This document shows positions 10,573 to 19,271 of a DNA stretch of 64,000 nucleotides, piece by piece (the first letter of the stretch is position 1; the number at the start of each line of letters is the position of its first letter). Location of the stretch: assembly GCA_964496585.1 (NCBI GenBank), contig CAZCAA010000002.1, positions 36,995-100,994 on the forward strand, in the 5' to 3' direction. The notes beneath the pieces are model-generated. The model had not been told where the DNA came from. It was given only the letters and a program-made list of their open reading frames with translations, and searched no databases. A program made the translations under genes and the position numbers. The stretch comes from an uncultured Ferruginibacter sp. Its GTDB lineage: Bacteria > Bacteroidota > Bacteroidia > Chitinophagales > Chitinophagaceae.

Positions 10573-10983
10573 ATGAAAACTAAGAAAAGGATACTACTTG
10601 TAGATGATGATGCAGACGATCAATTGTATTTTCTGGATGCCATCTCTGAAATATCCCCTGATTTGGAATGCAGGGTAGCAAATAATGGTGTTGAAGCACT
10701 GATAAAAATTCAGGTACCTCCACCATTTGATGTTATTTTCCTGGATTTGAACATGCCAATCATGAATGGATTTGAATGCCTTAGCAACTTAAAATTGCTG
10801 GATAATTACAGGGATATTCCAGTTGTAATATTCACTACCTCAAAAAACTCTCAGGATATACAACGAACAAAAGAACTTGGTGCAAGTTTATATTTTACTA
10901 AACCAACCAGCTTTTCAATGCTGTGTTCTAAACTCAAAAAAATCTTTGAAATTGAACTTCCCACGCCTGTTTATGAGGTTTAA
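10573..10983 (+). CDS. Single-domain response regulator
   Basis: 'LLVDDD', 'FLDLNMP', 'FTTS', 'TKP'. Confidence 0.92.
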   Translation: MKTKKRILLVDDDADDQLYFLDAISEISPDLECRVANNGVEALIKIQVPPPFDVIFLDLNMPIMNGFECLSNLKLLDNYRDIPVVIFTTSKNSQDIQRTKELGASLYFTKPTSFSMLCSKLKKIFEIELPTPVYEV

Positions 10984-11012
10984 TTGGTTCACATAGAAAA
11001 AAGAAATAAAAC

Positions 11013-11039
11013 AAAGCCCGGCATTTTGTACCGGGCTTT
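11013..11039. terminator. Bidirectional terminator between convergent genes
   Basis: AAAGCCCGG-N9-CCGGGCTTT. Confidence 0.75.
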
Positions 11040-11059
11040 AAAATTCAATTCATTAATCA

Positions 11060-11587
11060 TTATTGTACATCAAATCCAACCTGGATATCTCCCCACAATA
11101 AATCCACTTTCCCTTTCTTATCAATTGTGATTGTAAATTTTTCTGAAAAAGCTGCTGCTTTAACAGCTTTTGCTTTAACTCTTAAAACATCATCAGCCTG
11201 TTTATAATCATAAGCTCCCCATTGATCCCATTTTTTGTTGAAAATGATTGTCCATTCATCAGCAACCGCGATTGTAAAAAAACCGTACTTTCCTGCTGGT
11301 AAAACTTCCCCGTTAATTTTTACATCTTTATCTGTTTCAAAAACTGTAGCCTCATTTGCACCTGTACGCCAAACTGCGCCATCTTTAGGCTCAAGGTCTT
11401 TACCAATTACCCGTCCTTTCACTGAGGGCTGACTATAATCAATCTTTATTACCGCACCGGAAGCTATTGTTTCCGAAGCAGTAGCCGGAGGGCTGGGACG
11501 TTTACTTTTATCTTTATCCTGTGCACATGCGCTTAAGGTTACAAATGCAAATACTGCTACCAGAGCAACAGAAAATATTTTTTTCAT
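11060..11587 (-). CDS. DUF2911 family exported protein
   Basis: 'RPSPPA', 'YSQPSVKGR', 'WRTGANEAT', 'QWGAYDY'. Confidence 0.9.
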   Translation of the reverse strand: MKKIFSVALVAVFAFVTLSACAQDKDKSKRPSPPATASETIASGAVIKIDYSQPSVKGRVIGKDLEPKDGAVWRTGANEATVFETDKDVKINGEVLPAGKYGFFTIAVADEWTIIFNKKWDQWGAYDYKQADDVLRVKAKAVKAAAFSEKFTITIDKKGKVDLLWGDIQVGFDVQ

Positions 11588-11765
11588 AAAAAGAAATTTA
11601 ATTGAAGCAGCAAATTACAGGAAAAACGAAAAACAAAAAACATAATGTGACCAGCGGTTTTCTAAAAAGAAGCAACAACTTTCCATTTAGCTAAAAATTT
11701 TATATGTCAGCTGCATTTGATGCAGCTATAACCGATAGAAATTGTAAAATACTTCGTTCAGCAGA

Positions 11766-12044
11766 TCAATTACCTAACTTTTTACTGATTAGCACGTCTG
11801 CAGGCATTAGTTCAATAATTTTTGCCATTGGCGACGGCGATTGCATATCTAACAGGAGTCTTTTTCTAACAGTAGAATTGTTTACAGCGGCAATATCGCA
11901 GGCTCTGTTAAAATCTGTATGCATTCCGTACCCGTCAAGTATATCTTCTACTTCCTTGTACTCGGGAAAAGAGAGGTATCTCTTTACAAAATAGTATTGT
12001 TTATTCTGTACTATTTTGGTGTAAGCCTTGTAAAAAGTTTCCAT
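11766..12044 (-). CDS. Small hypothetical protein
   Basis: 92 aa, ATG start, protein-like composition ('YFVKRY...GYGMHTDFNRAC'); fills an intergenic gap. Confidence 0.65.
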   Translation of the reverse strand: METFYKAYTKIVQNKQYYFVKRYLSFPEYKEVEDILDGYGMHTDFNRACDIAAVNNSTVRKRLLLDMQSPSPMAKIIELMPADVLISKKLGN

Positions 12045-12496
12045 AACCGTGTGGTTTTAGTGAGCAATTATAATAACCGTATTCAAATAAAAATGTAAGC
12101 AAAAAGGTTAAGTGGAGCTTTTTTAAGGATAATGAATGGCAAATGAAGCCATCAGGCGATATAGTAAATGATTTACTAACTCTTTTCAATAATTAAGTTT
12201 CGTAGGAATAGAAGTATACTGAGGCTTGTGATAATCGTATACAATTGGAAAAATATAATAATTCAGAGGATTCTTGAAAAAGTAGGTAAGGATGCTTCTA
12301 TAAATATAAGAATAATAGTCGGTTGTTGCAAGTAAAGGCAATAATAAATCTAAAATGCAAGCATTTAGTCAAAATCTCGCGCTGGATATCATATTATAAA
12401 AAACCTTTAATAAAATTACATAATATATTGAATAATAATAACAAACACTTACATATTAATAAATATATGATTCTGAAAAAATGGAAAAATAAAAGA

Positions 12497-12511
12497 TGGC
12501 ACGGTTTTGGA
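12497..12511 (+). promoter_or_regulatory. Candidate sigma54 -24/-12 promoter
   Basis: TGGCACGGTTTTGGA versus consensus TGGCACGNNNNTTGC. Confidence 0.4.
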
Positions 12512-12584
12512 ACTTAGGGTGTCGGAATTGAAAAAATCATATTTACCAACTGAAAGAACCATTAATCATTAAAAATCTATTATT

Positions 12585-13556
12585 ATGAGCACATCAAACA
12601 CACCATTAGCCACTATCGAAACTCATCCGAAGAAGAATTATAAGAACGCAATCATTGCTACTTTAGCTGTTGCTCTTGTTGCAACAGCTGGTTTTTTTGC
12701 TTACGACAGAAGTGGTAAAACAACGAAAATTGATCAGCAACAAACAGAAATCGTTGCTGTAACTACTGAAAAAAGCAACCTTCAATCGAGTTTTGATGCA
12801 TCTCTTGCCCGTTTAGATTCTATGGGCACCGTTACTAACGGTTTAAATGCTGAGTTGACCACTAAAAATGCTGAAATAGTAAAAGCTAAAGAAGAAATTC
12901 GGAGCATTTTAAATAAAAAGAATGCTACAGCTTCTGAATTAGGTAAAGCAAAAAATATGATTGCTTCACTAAATAGTAAAATATCTACTATGGAGCAGGA
13001 AATTGCTAAACTAACTGAAGATAACAGATTATTAGGGGAAGAAAAAGTAGCCTTAATTGCTGATAAAGATAAATTAACGCAAGACTTAACTACTACAAAC
13101 GGTATTAAGTTGGAACTTGAGAAAAAAGTTGATGTTGCATCAACACTAAATGCTTCAAACATAGTAATAACTCCGATTAATGTTAAGCGTAACGGAAAAG
13201 AAAAAACATCTACTACAGCAAAACGCGTAGATAAAATGGTAGTTAGTTTCGATGTTGCTAACCGCATCATTACACCAGGAAGTACTGACCTTTATGTATT
13301 GGTAATCGGACCTGATGGCCAGGCAATAACTTCAGGACCAGCAACAGGTTTATTTACTACACGTGAAGATGGCGATAAAACATATACAGCTAAAGTTCCT
13401 GTAGATCTTGAAACTGCTAAAACAAAAAATGTGGCATTCTCTTTTGCTCCAGGTGCTTCTTTCATGAAAGGAAACTATAAAATTCAGATTTATCAAAATG
13501 GTTTTCTTATCGGACAAGGTACTAAAGAACTTAAGAAAGGCGGTTTATTCAGCTAA
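12585..13556 (+). CDS. Membrane-anchored coiled-coil protein with C-terminal beta domain
   Basis: N-terminal TM, long heptad region, then a 'KGNYKIQIYQNG' beta-rich tail. Confidence 0.85.
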   Translation: MSTSNTPLATIETHPKKNYKNAIIATLAVALVATAGFFAYDRSGKTTKIDQQQTEIVAVTTEKSNLQSSFDASLARLDSMGTVTNGLNAELTTKNAEIVKAKEEIRSILNKKNATASELGKAKNMIASLNSKISTMEQEIAKLTEDNRLLGEEKVALIADKDKLTQDLTTTNGIKLELEKKVDVASTLNASNIVITPINVKRNGKEKTSTTAKRVDKMVVSFDVANRIITPGSTDLYVLVIGPDGQAITSGPATGLFTTREDGDKTYTAKVPVDLETAKTKNVAFSFAPGASFMKGNYKIQIYQNGFLIGQGTKELKKGGLFS

Positions 13557-13599
13557 TCTGAAACCAACAATAAATATCATAATATCCTCTTGAAATAAT

Positions 13600-13635
13600 A
13601 AAAATACCTGGGCAAATTGTCCAGGTATTTTTTTT
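13600..13635 (+). terminator. Intrinsic terminator
   Basis: AAAAATACCTGGGCA-aat-TGTCCAGGTATTTTTTTT. Confidence 0.85.
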
Positions 13636-13885
13636 CATTTTACTTAATTCAAGAACTATTAACAATCAAATTTTTAATTAGTAATTATTTATTCCAATTT
13701 TCATAAAAAAATATAGCTACCCTCTAGTATTTTCTGTCATTTTGGTTGCGTACTACTGATACTGATGTAGTCATTTTAAATGACCAATGTTTATCACTCC
13801 CGTAGGCTATTTCATTATTTGAGAACGGTTGAATGATTTTCCAGTACTAACTAACTGTTACCAAGAAAGCCAAAAATTGAAATAC

Positions 13886-13912
13886 AAAAAAAGGGCTGTA
13901 ATACCACGCCCT
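13886..13912 (-). terminator. Intrinsic terminator downstream of a small ORF
   Basis: Minus strand AGGGCGTG-gtat-TACAGCCC followed by T7. Confidence 0.7.
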
Positions 13913-13934
13913 ATAAACCTGCCGAAAAATAACA

Positions 13935-14012
13935 CTAAATATTACCCGGTAAAACGGAATATCCATTTTCAACAGAAAAGAATTGTTTAAATAAGCGTAT
14001 TAAATTATTCAT
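13935..14012 (-). CDS. Putative 25-aa small protein MNNLIRLFKQFFSVENGYSVLPGNI
   Basis: Hand-translated ATG..TAG with an A-rich upstream region and a terminator about 22 nt after the stop. Confidence 0.45.
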   Translation of the reverse strand: MNNLIRLFKQFFSVENGYSVLPGNI

Positions 14013-14272
14013 GTAGTATTTTTTGGGAGTTTAAATTTTCTAATTAGATATTTCCTGGTAAAATTGAATACCCTTGCTGAAGGCTGAAAAAATTCTTAAT
14101 TTTTGCAACAATCTTTTTCATAAAAGATAATTTTAGTTTTTTAAATATTTTCTCTTCTAAGACCTTGCAGGATTAATAAAATTTAATTGGAAAATAATAA
14201 AGTAATGTTAACGAGCCAGCATGAATTCCGTGTTGTTTAATTGCTTAATTTAATACCGCTTTAATTTCAAAC

Positions 14273-14896
14273 ATGGTAGATATAAATACGATCAGGGAAA
14301 AATATGCGTCTATGCCGGATAGTGAGTTTTTTGCTTTCGCAAGAGAAGAAGGAATGTATTTAACAGACGAAGGGAAAAATATTTTAAAGACTGAATTAAC
14401 AAAGCGGAACAATGCCGGAATATTTGAAAACACAGTTGAAACTCCAATATCCAATAACCATATTAAAGATCGCTTTTTAAATATGGAAACTGATCCGTTT
14501 TTGAAATCATCTGTTACCTATTTCTTTGATCAAAAAGAAATGGGTGCCAGTAATGAAAGAATTATCAACGGACTTTTGGAAACAGGAATGGATGAAACAG
14601 ATACCGATAGTTTCATAACATCAATGAATGTATTGGCACTGCAACGACTAAAGAAAGCAGATTACAGCAAACTCACCGGTGGATTGATAATGATGTGTGG
14701 TGTGGCAATCACTTTTCTTCCTTTTCAGCACTCAACTGAAAGGTTAGCCCATATTATCGCCTGGTGTATGATAATTTTTGGCGCCGGCAAATTGATTAGT
14801 GGAATTTTCAATTCGGAAAGATTTAAAAAAATAATCGCAAATATTTCAAATGATAATTTATCTAAGAAAAGATTAAATGAAAATCAGGCTGAATAA
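14273..14896 (+). CDS. Hypothetical membrane protein (two C-terminal TM helices)
   Basis: 207-aa ORF with a hydrophobic hairpin near the C-terminus. Confidence 0.75.
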   Translation: MVDINTIREKYASMPDSEFFAFAREEGMYLTDEGKNILKTELTKRNNAGIFENTVETPISNNHIKDRFLNMETDPFLKSSVTYFFDQKEMGASNERIINGLLETGMDETDTDSFITSMNVLALQRLKKADYSKLTGGLIMMCGVAITFLPFQHSTERLAHIIAWCMIIFGAGKLISGIFNSERFKKIIANISNDNLSKKRLNENQAE

Positions 14897-14965
14897 TACA
14901 AACAGTTTCCTCTGATTTAATTTATTTTCGATAGCTTGTTGTAATATCTCACTTCAATTAACAAT

Positions 14966-15445
14966 ATGAAAAGAATATTAGTTGCATTAGACTATGACCC
15001 CAGTGCGCAAAAAGTTGCAGAAACCGGTTATGCATTTGGGAAAGCTATGAATGCAGAAGTAACACTTATACATGTTCTTGCAGAAACTTTGTATTACATG
15101 CCTCTCGAATATTCGCCAGTTATGGGATTTACAGGATTTTCTGATGCCGGCTTAATTGAACCTATTGACCTGGATGAATTAAAACGCAATGCACAGTTAT
15201 TCCTTGATGCCTCAAAAGAACATTTAGGAGACAGCAATATAAAAACGATGATTGCTGAAGGAAATTTTGCTGAAGCTATCTTAAAAACAGCAGTAGATAC
15301 CGGTGCTGATATTATCGTTGCAGGTTCACATAGCCGGGGCGGATTGGAGAAATTATTAATGGGTAGTATTACAGAAAAACTAATTCATGATACAACCATT
15401 CCCCTTCTTATTGTACCTACAAAAAAAACAAAAGAACCTTCTTAA
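14966..15445 (+). CDS. Universal stress protein
   Basis: 'KRILVALD', 'DIIVAGSHSRGG...LMGSITE...PLLIVP'. Confidence 0.93.
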   Translation: MKRILVALDYDPSAQKVAETGYAFGKAMNAEVTLIHVLAETLYYMPLEYSPVMGFTGFSDAGLIEPIDLDELKRNAQLFLDASKEHLGDSNIKTMIAEGNFAEAILKTAVDTGADIIVAGSHSRGGLEKLLMGSITEKLIHDTTIPLLIVPTKKTKEPS

Positions 15446-15468
15446 TTTAAATCGTTGGAATTAAGTTT

Positions 15469-16734
15469 TCAGGAGCGCATTACTCCAATTTTATTTCCTT
15501 CCCAACCAGGAAATAAAATTGAATCATTTTTAATTTTTAAATGACTATCTGCTACTTCACTAAAAACGGCCCTGAAATCAGTAGTAACCGGTAAGTCCCT
15601 GCTATCTTCCAGATTTTCTGCTGCAAGTGATGCTACCGATCCATGTACGATTCCACCTTTTACATTGTTACCTAAAATAAAATTACATGAACCTCTGCCG
15701 TGATCAGTTCCCCCACTCCCATTCTGTTTAACAGTACGGCCAAATTCAGTCATGGTCATTATTGTAAGGTCATCCTGGTAAAAAGTAAGGTCTGTCCAGA
15801 AAGCCGTCATACTATTACTCAGGTCCAGTGCATTCCTTCCAAAACTTCCCATTTCAGTTCCCTGGTTATAGTGAGTATCCCAGCCACCGGATTCTGCAAA
15901 ACCAATTTCAAGACCAACATCCATCTTAACCAGCTGAGCAATTTGCTTCAGGGAATTACCAAGTGGAGATTGAGGGTAAACGGCACCGTTAGCCGGCTGG
16001 TAATTTCTTGTATCAACTTTATCCAGCATTTTAACGGCATCAAAAGTTTCTTTGCCGGTTTCTTTCAATAAATCCGAACTGGCCTGGTCATAAAGATCTT
16101 CAAAACTCTTCGCTGTCATGTTTGCTGCCATAGGATTCCCTTTCATTTGTAAAGCAAAATCCTGCAGGTTACTAATGGCTACTGAAGCATTATAACCATA
16201 AAAAGAACGCGGCATCGAATTGGTGAGGCTTACTGCCCTGAAAGGGCTACCCTCGTGGCCTAATAATCCAGATGCCCGGTTTAGCCAGCCACTATCTGTT
16301 CCTTTGTTAAAAGGCGTTCCCGATTCCATATAATCTTGTGCATCAAAATGTGACCGCGAATTGTTGGGAGATCCAATTCCATGCACAACAGCCAGCTGTT
16401 TATTGCGAAAAGCCTGTTCAAAAGCACGCAATCCCGGATGAAGGCCAAACTTTCCGTCAAGGTCAATTAACGGTGTATTGCGTGAATCTTTTGCGGCAGA
16501 CATATACAAAGAAGGCCGTGCAGCTTTAAAGTACTCATCTGTAAATGGTGCAACAGCCATCAAACCATCCATCGCTCCACGTTGAAATATGCATAGCAAA
16601 ATTTTATTTTTCTTATAAGGAGATACAATTTTTTCATTACCAGCAGCCCTTGCAATAAATGCCGGCACGCCTCCAACACTTACACCAAAAACTGCCAATG
16701 CCCCTGATTTCAAAAAGCCTCTTCTTGATGACAT
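15469..16734 (-). CDS. DUF1501 family protein, Tat-exported
   Basis: 'SRRGFLK' Tat motif; 'QRGAMDGL', 'RSHFDAQ', 'GWDTH', 'TEFGRT', 'GTDHG'. Confidence 0.92.
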   Translation of the reverse strand: MSSRRGFLKSGALAVFGVSVGGVPAFIARAAGNEKIVSPYKKNKILLCIFQRGAMDGLMAVAPFTDEYFKAARPSLYMSAAKDSRNTPLIDLDGKFGLHPGLRAFEQAFRNKQLAVVHGIGSPNNSRSHFDAQDYMESGTPFNKGTDSGWLNRASGLLGHEGSPFRAVSLTNSMPRSFYGYNASVAISNLQDFALQMKGNPMAANMTAKSFEDLYDQASSDLLKETGKETFDAVKMLDKVDTRNYQPANGAVYPQSPLGNSLKQIAQLVKMDVGLEIGFAESGGWDTHYNQGTEMGSFGRNALDLSNSMTAFWTDLTFYQDDLTIMTMTEFGRTVKQNGSGGTDHGRGSCNFILGNNVKGGIVHGSVASLAAENLEDSRDLPVTTDFRAVFSEVADSHLKIKNDSILFPGWEGNKIGVMRS

Positions 16735-16747
16735 ATTTTTTAAGTTT

Positions 16748-18709
16748 TTATTTTCTTTGAAACTCGGGAGAACCAATGATGATGCCGACTACCTGCGCTA
16801 ACATATTCTCCGTTGTTATTTCATATTTTTTTGTCTTTTTTACAGGATCATCTCTATCTTCTTTCATGGCTTCATCTACCAATAATTCATCTTTGTCTGA
16901 TGTTGTAGAAACAGACGCAGTATTCTTTTTTCCCGCTGCTTGTTCTATTTTTTTATCCAGTTGAGGTTCGGTAAGTAGTGGCGTCAGGCGTTTAATAGTT
17001 TGATCCAGATTTCTCTCCGGCATCAATAGTTTGCTGTAAGTAAGCAAAGCATCTTCAGCACTTTCAGGCTCGTGAAAATCATTTAACTTGAGAAGATTGG
17101 TTTGTATACCCCGCATTTGTTTTGACGCTATAGACAGGCCGAAATTCATCCTGTTGAGCAATGCACCAGTATTGATCCAATATTGTGCTTTATCGGGAAA
17201 TCCCGTTGGAGCCTGATAATGATATATTTTTTGGCCCATTTTTTCGATCCAGCCAAAAAGCAAATATGGCTGTTGAACGTCTGCCTTTAAAGCCCGTACT
17301 GCGCTAATGGCTAGTTCAAATGGAGATTTCGTTTTTTCACGGATAACATTTTTTTGCCAAAACCCGGGAGAAGCAACCATGGTAATAAGTACTTCGCTGA
17401 TATTGCCGTCGTGCTGTAAAAATGATGCTGCCATTTTATCCACGAGGCTTTGATCGGGGTTATCACTTACAAAATGCACTGCCAGTTTTCTGCAAATAAA
17501 ATTAGCAGTCGATTTATGGTGAGCAAGCATTTTCAGTAGTTCAACACCTTCCTGGTAACCGGCATTGGTAGCAAATTGCCTTCCTAAAACAGTTTTAGGT
17601 TTAGTATCATGCCGGTTCATAGCGAATAAAAAATCTCCATCGTGTACAAAACCCTGTTCAGAAAGACGATCCTCCCCTATTTTCTCCAATACTTTTTTAA
17701 GACCGCTGCCGTAACTGTTTTCAATCGGATAAAGCGTCCATCCTGTTAATATCCGCGCAGCCTGTGTAACATCATCCTGTGTGTATCCACCATCAACGCC
17801 CAGTGTATGAAGTTCCATAACTTCCCTGGCATAGTTTTCATTTAATCCCTGGTTCTTTTTTCTGTTCTTTAGTTTTTGAACCATCGCTGTAGTTGCTGTA
17901 TCATTCGTAGCAGGGTTCATTCTAGCTAATCTCCTACGCATTTTTTCTTCATCAACCATCTTGTTATCATCGCTATTCGCAACGCTATTAAAATTGTCCA
18001 GGTACAATAACATGGCCGGTGATTTTGCCGTGGCCAACAACATATCTTCAAATTTGCCGGTAATAAAAGGCCTTATTGCATCACGCTCATACGCAGGTAT
18101 AAATAACGCGCAGTCTTTTTTTGTAAAAGAAACATTAAAGTGATTGAACCAAAAATCTGTAAGTACTTCATGCAGTTGATTATTTGAATAAGCAGCCCTG
18201 AGGATTTTATAATTAATAAACTGATGGAAAAATTCTGACTGCCTGCGATATTTCTTTTCCCTGGCATATTGAGCTATTTGTTTTTTATAGATTTTCCGAT
18301 CTAGATCGTTAGCGGAATCTTTTGGAATAATGCCATCTTCTCTTGCCATCTTCAATATTTGAATTGGCCTTGGAAACACTTCATTAGCTTGTAGATTAGT
18401 CATTTTTAAAGCATCATACTCAACAGTTCGCGCTTGTAAAGAGTCGTCCTTAATACCGCCAATCAATTGCTGTTGAAACCAGTTTTCCAATCCCATTTTT
18501 ACAACTTCATCAATCTGGCCAGATGTTGCTCCAAAGGTGAATCGGCTAAGCAAATGAGCTGCTGCCTCCCTTTCTGTAAGCCCGGCTTCTTTATAAGGAA
18601 ACTTAAAAACGGAGGTACTGATTTTGGGAGAAAGTATATAAGATGTAATGATAAAAAATACAACCAAAATAGCCGCAAATTTTGAAATAATAGTAAACCT
18701 GCTTTTCAT
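16748..18709 (-). CDS. DUF1800 family protein
   Basis: 'FWFNHFNV', 'SPAMLLYLDN', 'NENYAREVMELHTLG', 'SPEFQR'. Confidence 0.92.
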   Translation of the reverse strand: MKSRFTIISKFAAILVVFFIITSYILSPKISTSVFKFPYKEAGLTEREAAAHLLSRFTFGATSGQIDEVVKMGLENWFQQQLIGGIKDDSLQARTVEYDALKMTNLQANEVFPRPIQILKMAREDGIIPKDSANDLDRKIYKKQIAQYAREKKYRRQSEFFHQFINYKILRAAYSNNQLHEVLTDFWFNHFNVSFTKKDCALFIPAYERDAIRPFITGKFEDMLLATAKSPAMLLYLDNFNSVANSDDNKMVDEEKMRRRLARMNPATNDTATTAMVQKLKNRKKNQGLNENYAREVMELHTLGVDGGYTQDDVTQAARILTGWTLYPIENSYGSGLKKVLEKIGEDRLSEQGFVHDGDFLFAMNRHDTKPKTVLGRQFATNAGYQEGVELLKMLAHHKSTANFICRKLAVHFVSDNPDQSLVDKMAASFLQHDGNISEVLITMVASPGFWQKNVIREKTKSPFELAISAVRALKADVQQPYLLFGWIEKMGQKIYHYQAPTGFPDKAQYWINTGALLNRMNFGLSIASKQMRGIQTNLLKLNDFHEPESAEDALLTYSKLLMPERNLDQTIKRLTPLLTEPQLDKKIEQAAGKKNTASVSTTSDKDELLVDEAMKEDRDDPVKKTKKYEITTENMLAQVVGIIIGSPEFQRK

Positions 18710-18809
18710 GCCAAATATTTAATAAATCCGGGAAGTAGTTGAAATTAATCTAAACGGAGAAATGATTATAAGAATCTATCTTGCTATAATTTATTTCATC
18801 GAAAAATTA

Positions 18810-18835
18810 AGACTTTTTAGTTTAAGAGAAGTTTA
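18810..18835 (-). promoter_or_regulatory. Candidate ECF-sigma promoter of the DUF1800/DUF1501 operon
   Basis: Minus strand TAAAC-N17-GTCT. Confidence 0.35.
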
Positions 18836-18914
18836 ATTTGCAGGCTGCATTTGTTAATTTTATAAATTCCCTTGAAAATTTGAGAAAAATGCTAAATAAG
18901 AAATTTTAGTCAAT

Positions 18915-18939
18915 AAAAAATCCGGCCTTTACTGCCGGA
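18915..18939 (-). terminator. Intrinsic terminator
   Basis: TCCGGC/GCCGGA stem with a U-tract on the minus strand after the 67-aa gene. Confidence 0.75.
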
Positions 18940-18981
18940 CATAATCAACCACATTATAACTGTTAACTATTTGCTAATAAT

Positions 18982-19185
18982 TCATCGAGGCAAAACTGGA
19001 CCAAAGCGGAGATTTTTTCCCCTTTTAGAATGCCTTGGATACATAACATCATGTGCAGTTTCATACCCTTCATCTGCCACTCTGTCTAACATCTCACCGG
19101 TATTTCTATTACGTTTTCTGTAAATAACCATTCCTACAACTGCTACTGCTGTTAAACCTATCAAAATCCTCAACGTTTTTTTCAT
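18982..19185 (-). CDS. Small single-pass membrane protein (67 aa)
   Basis: N-terminal TM, basic patch, 'VADEGYETAHD' motif; has its own promoter and terminator. Confidence 0.8.
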   Translation of the reverse strand: MKKTLRILIGLTAVAVVGMVIYRKRNRNTGEMLDRVADEGYETAHDVMYPRHSKRGKNLRFGPVLPR

Positions 19186-19207
19186 GTTAATAATTTATTG
19201 TTATTTG

Positions 19208-19222
19208 GCAAATTTTATACCA
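19208..19222 (-). promoter_or_regulatory. Candidate sigma54 -24/-12 promoter
   Basis: Minus strand TGGTATAAAATTTGC with exact GG-N10-GC spacing. Confidence 0.55.
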
Positions 19223-19271
19223 TAACAGTTTTTTTTACAAAAAGTTATTGCTAATTATTCTCTGTCACTGC

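Noticed and set aside
11704-11994. 96-aa plus-strand ORF
   Set aside because: Overlaps the more protein-like minus-strand 92-aa ORF
12782-13270. 162-aa minus-strand ORF
   Set aside because: Antisense shadow of the coiled-coil gene
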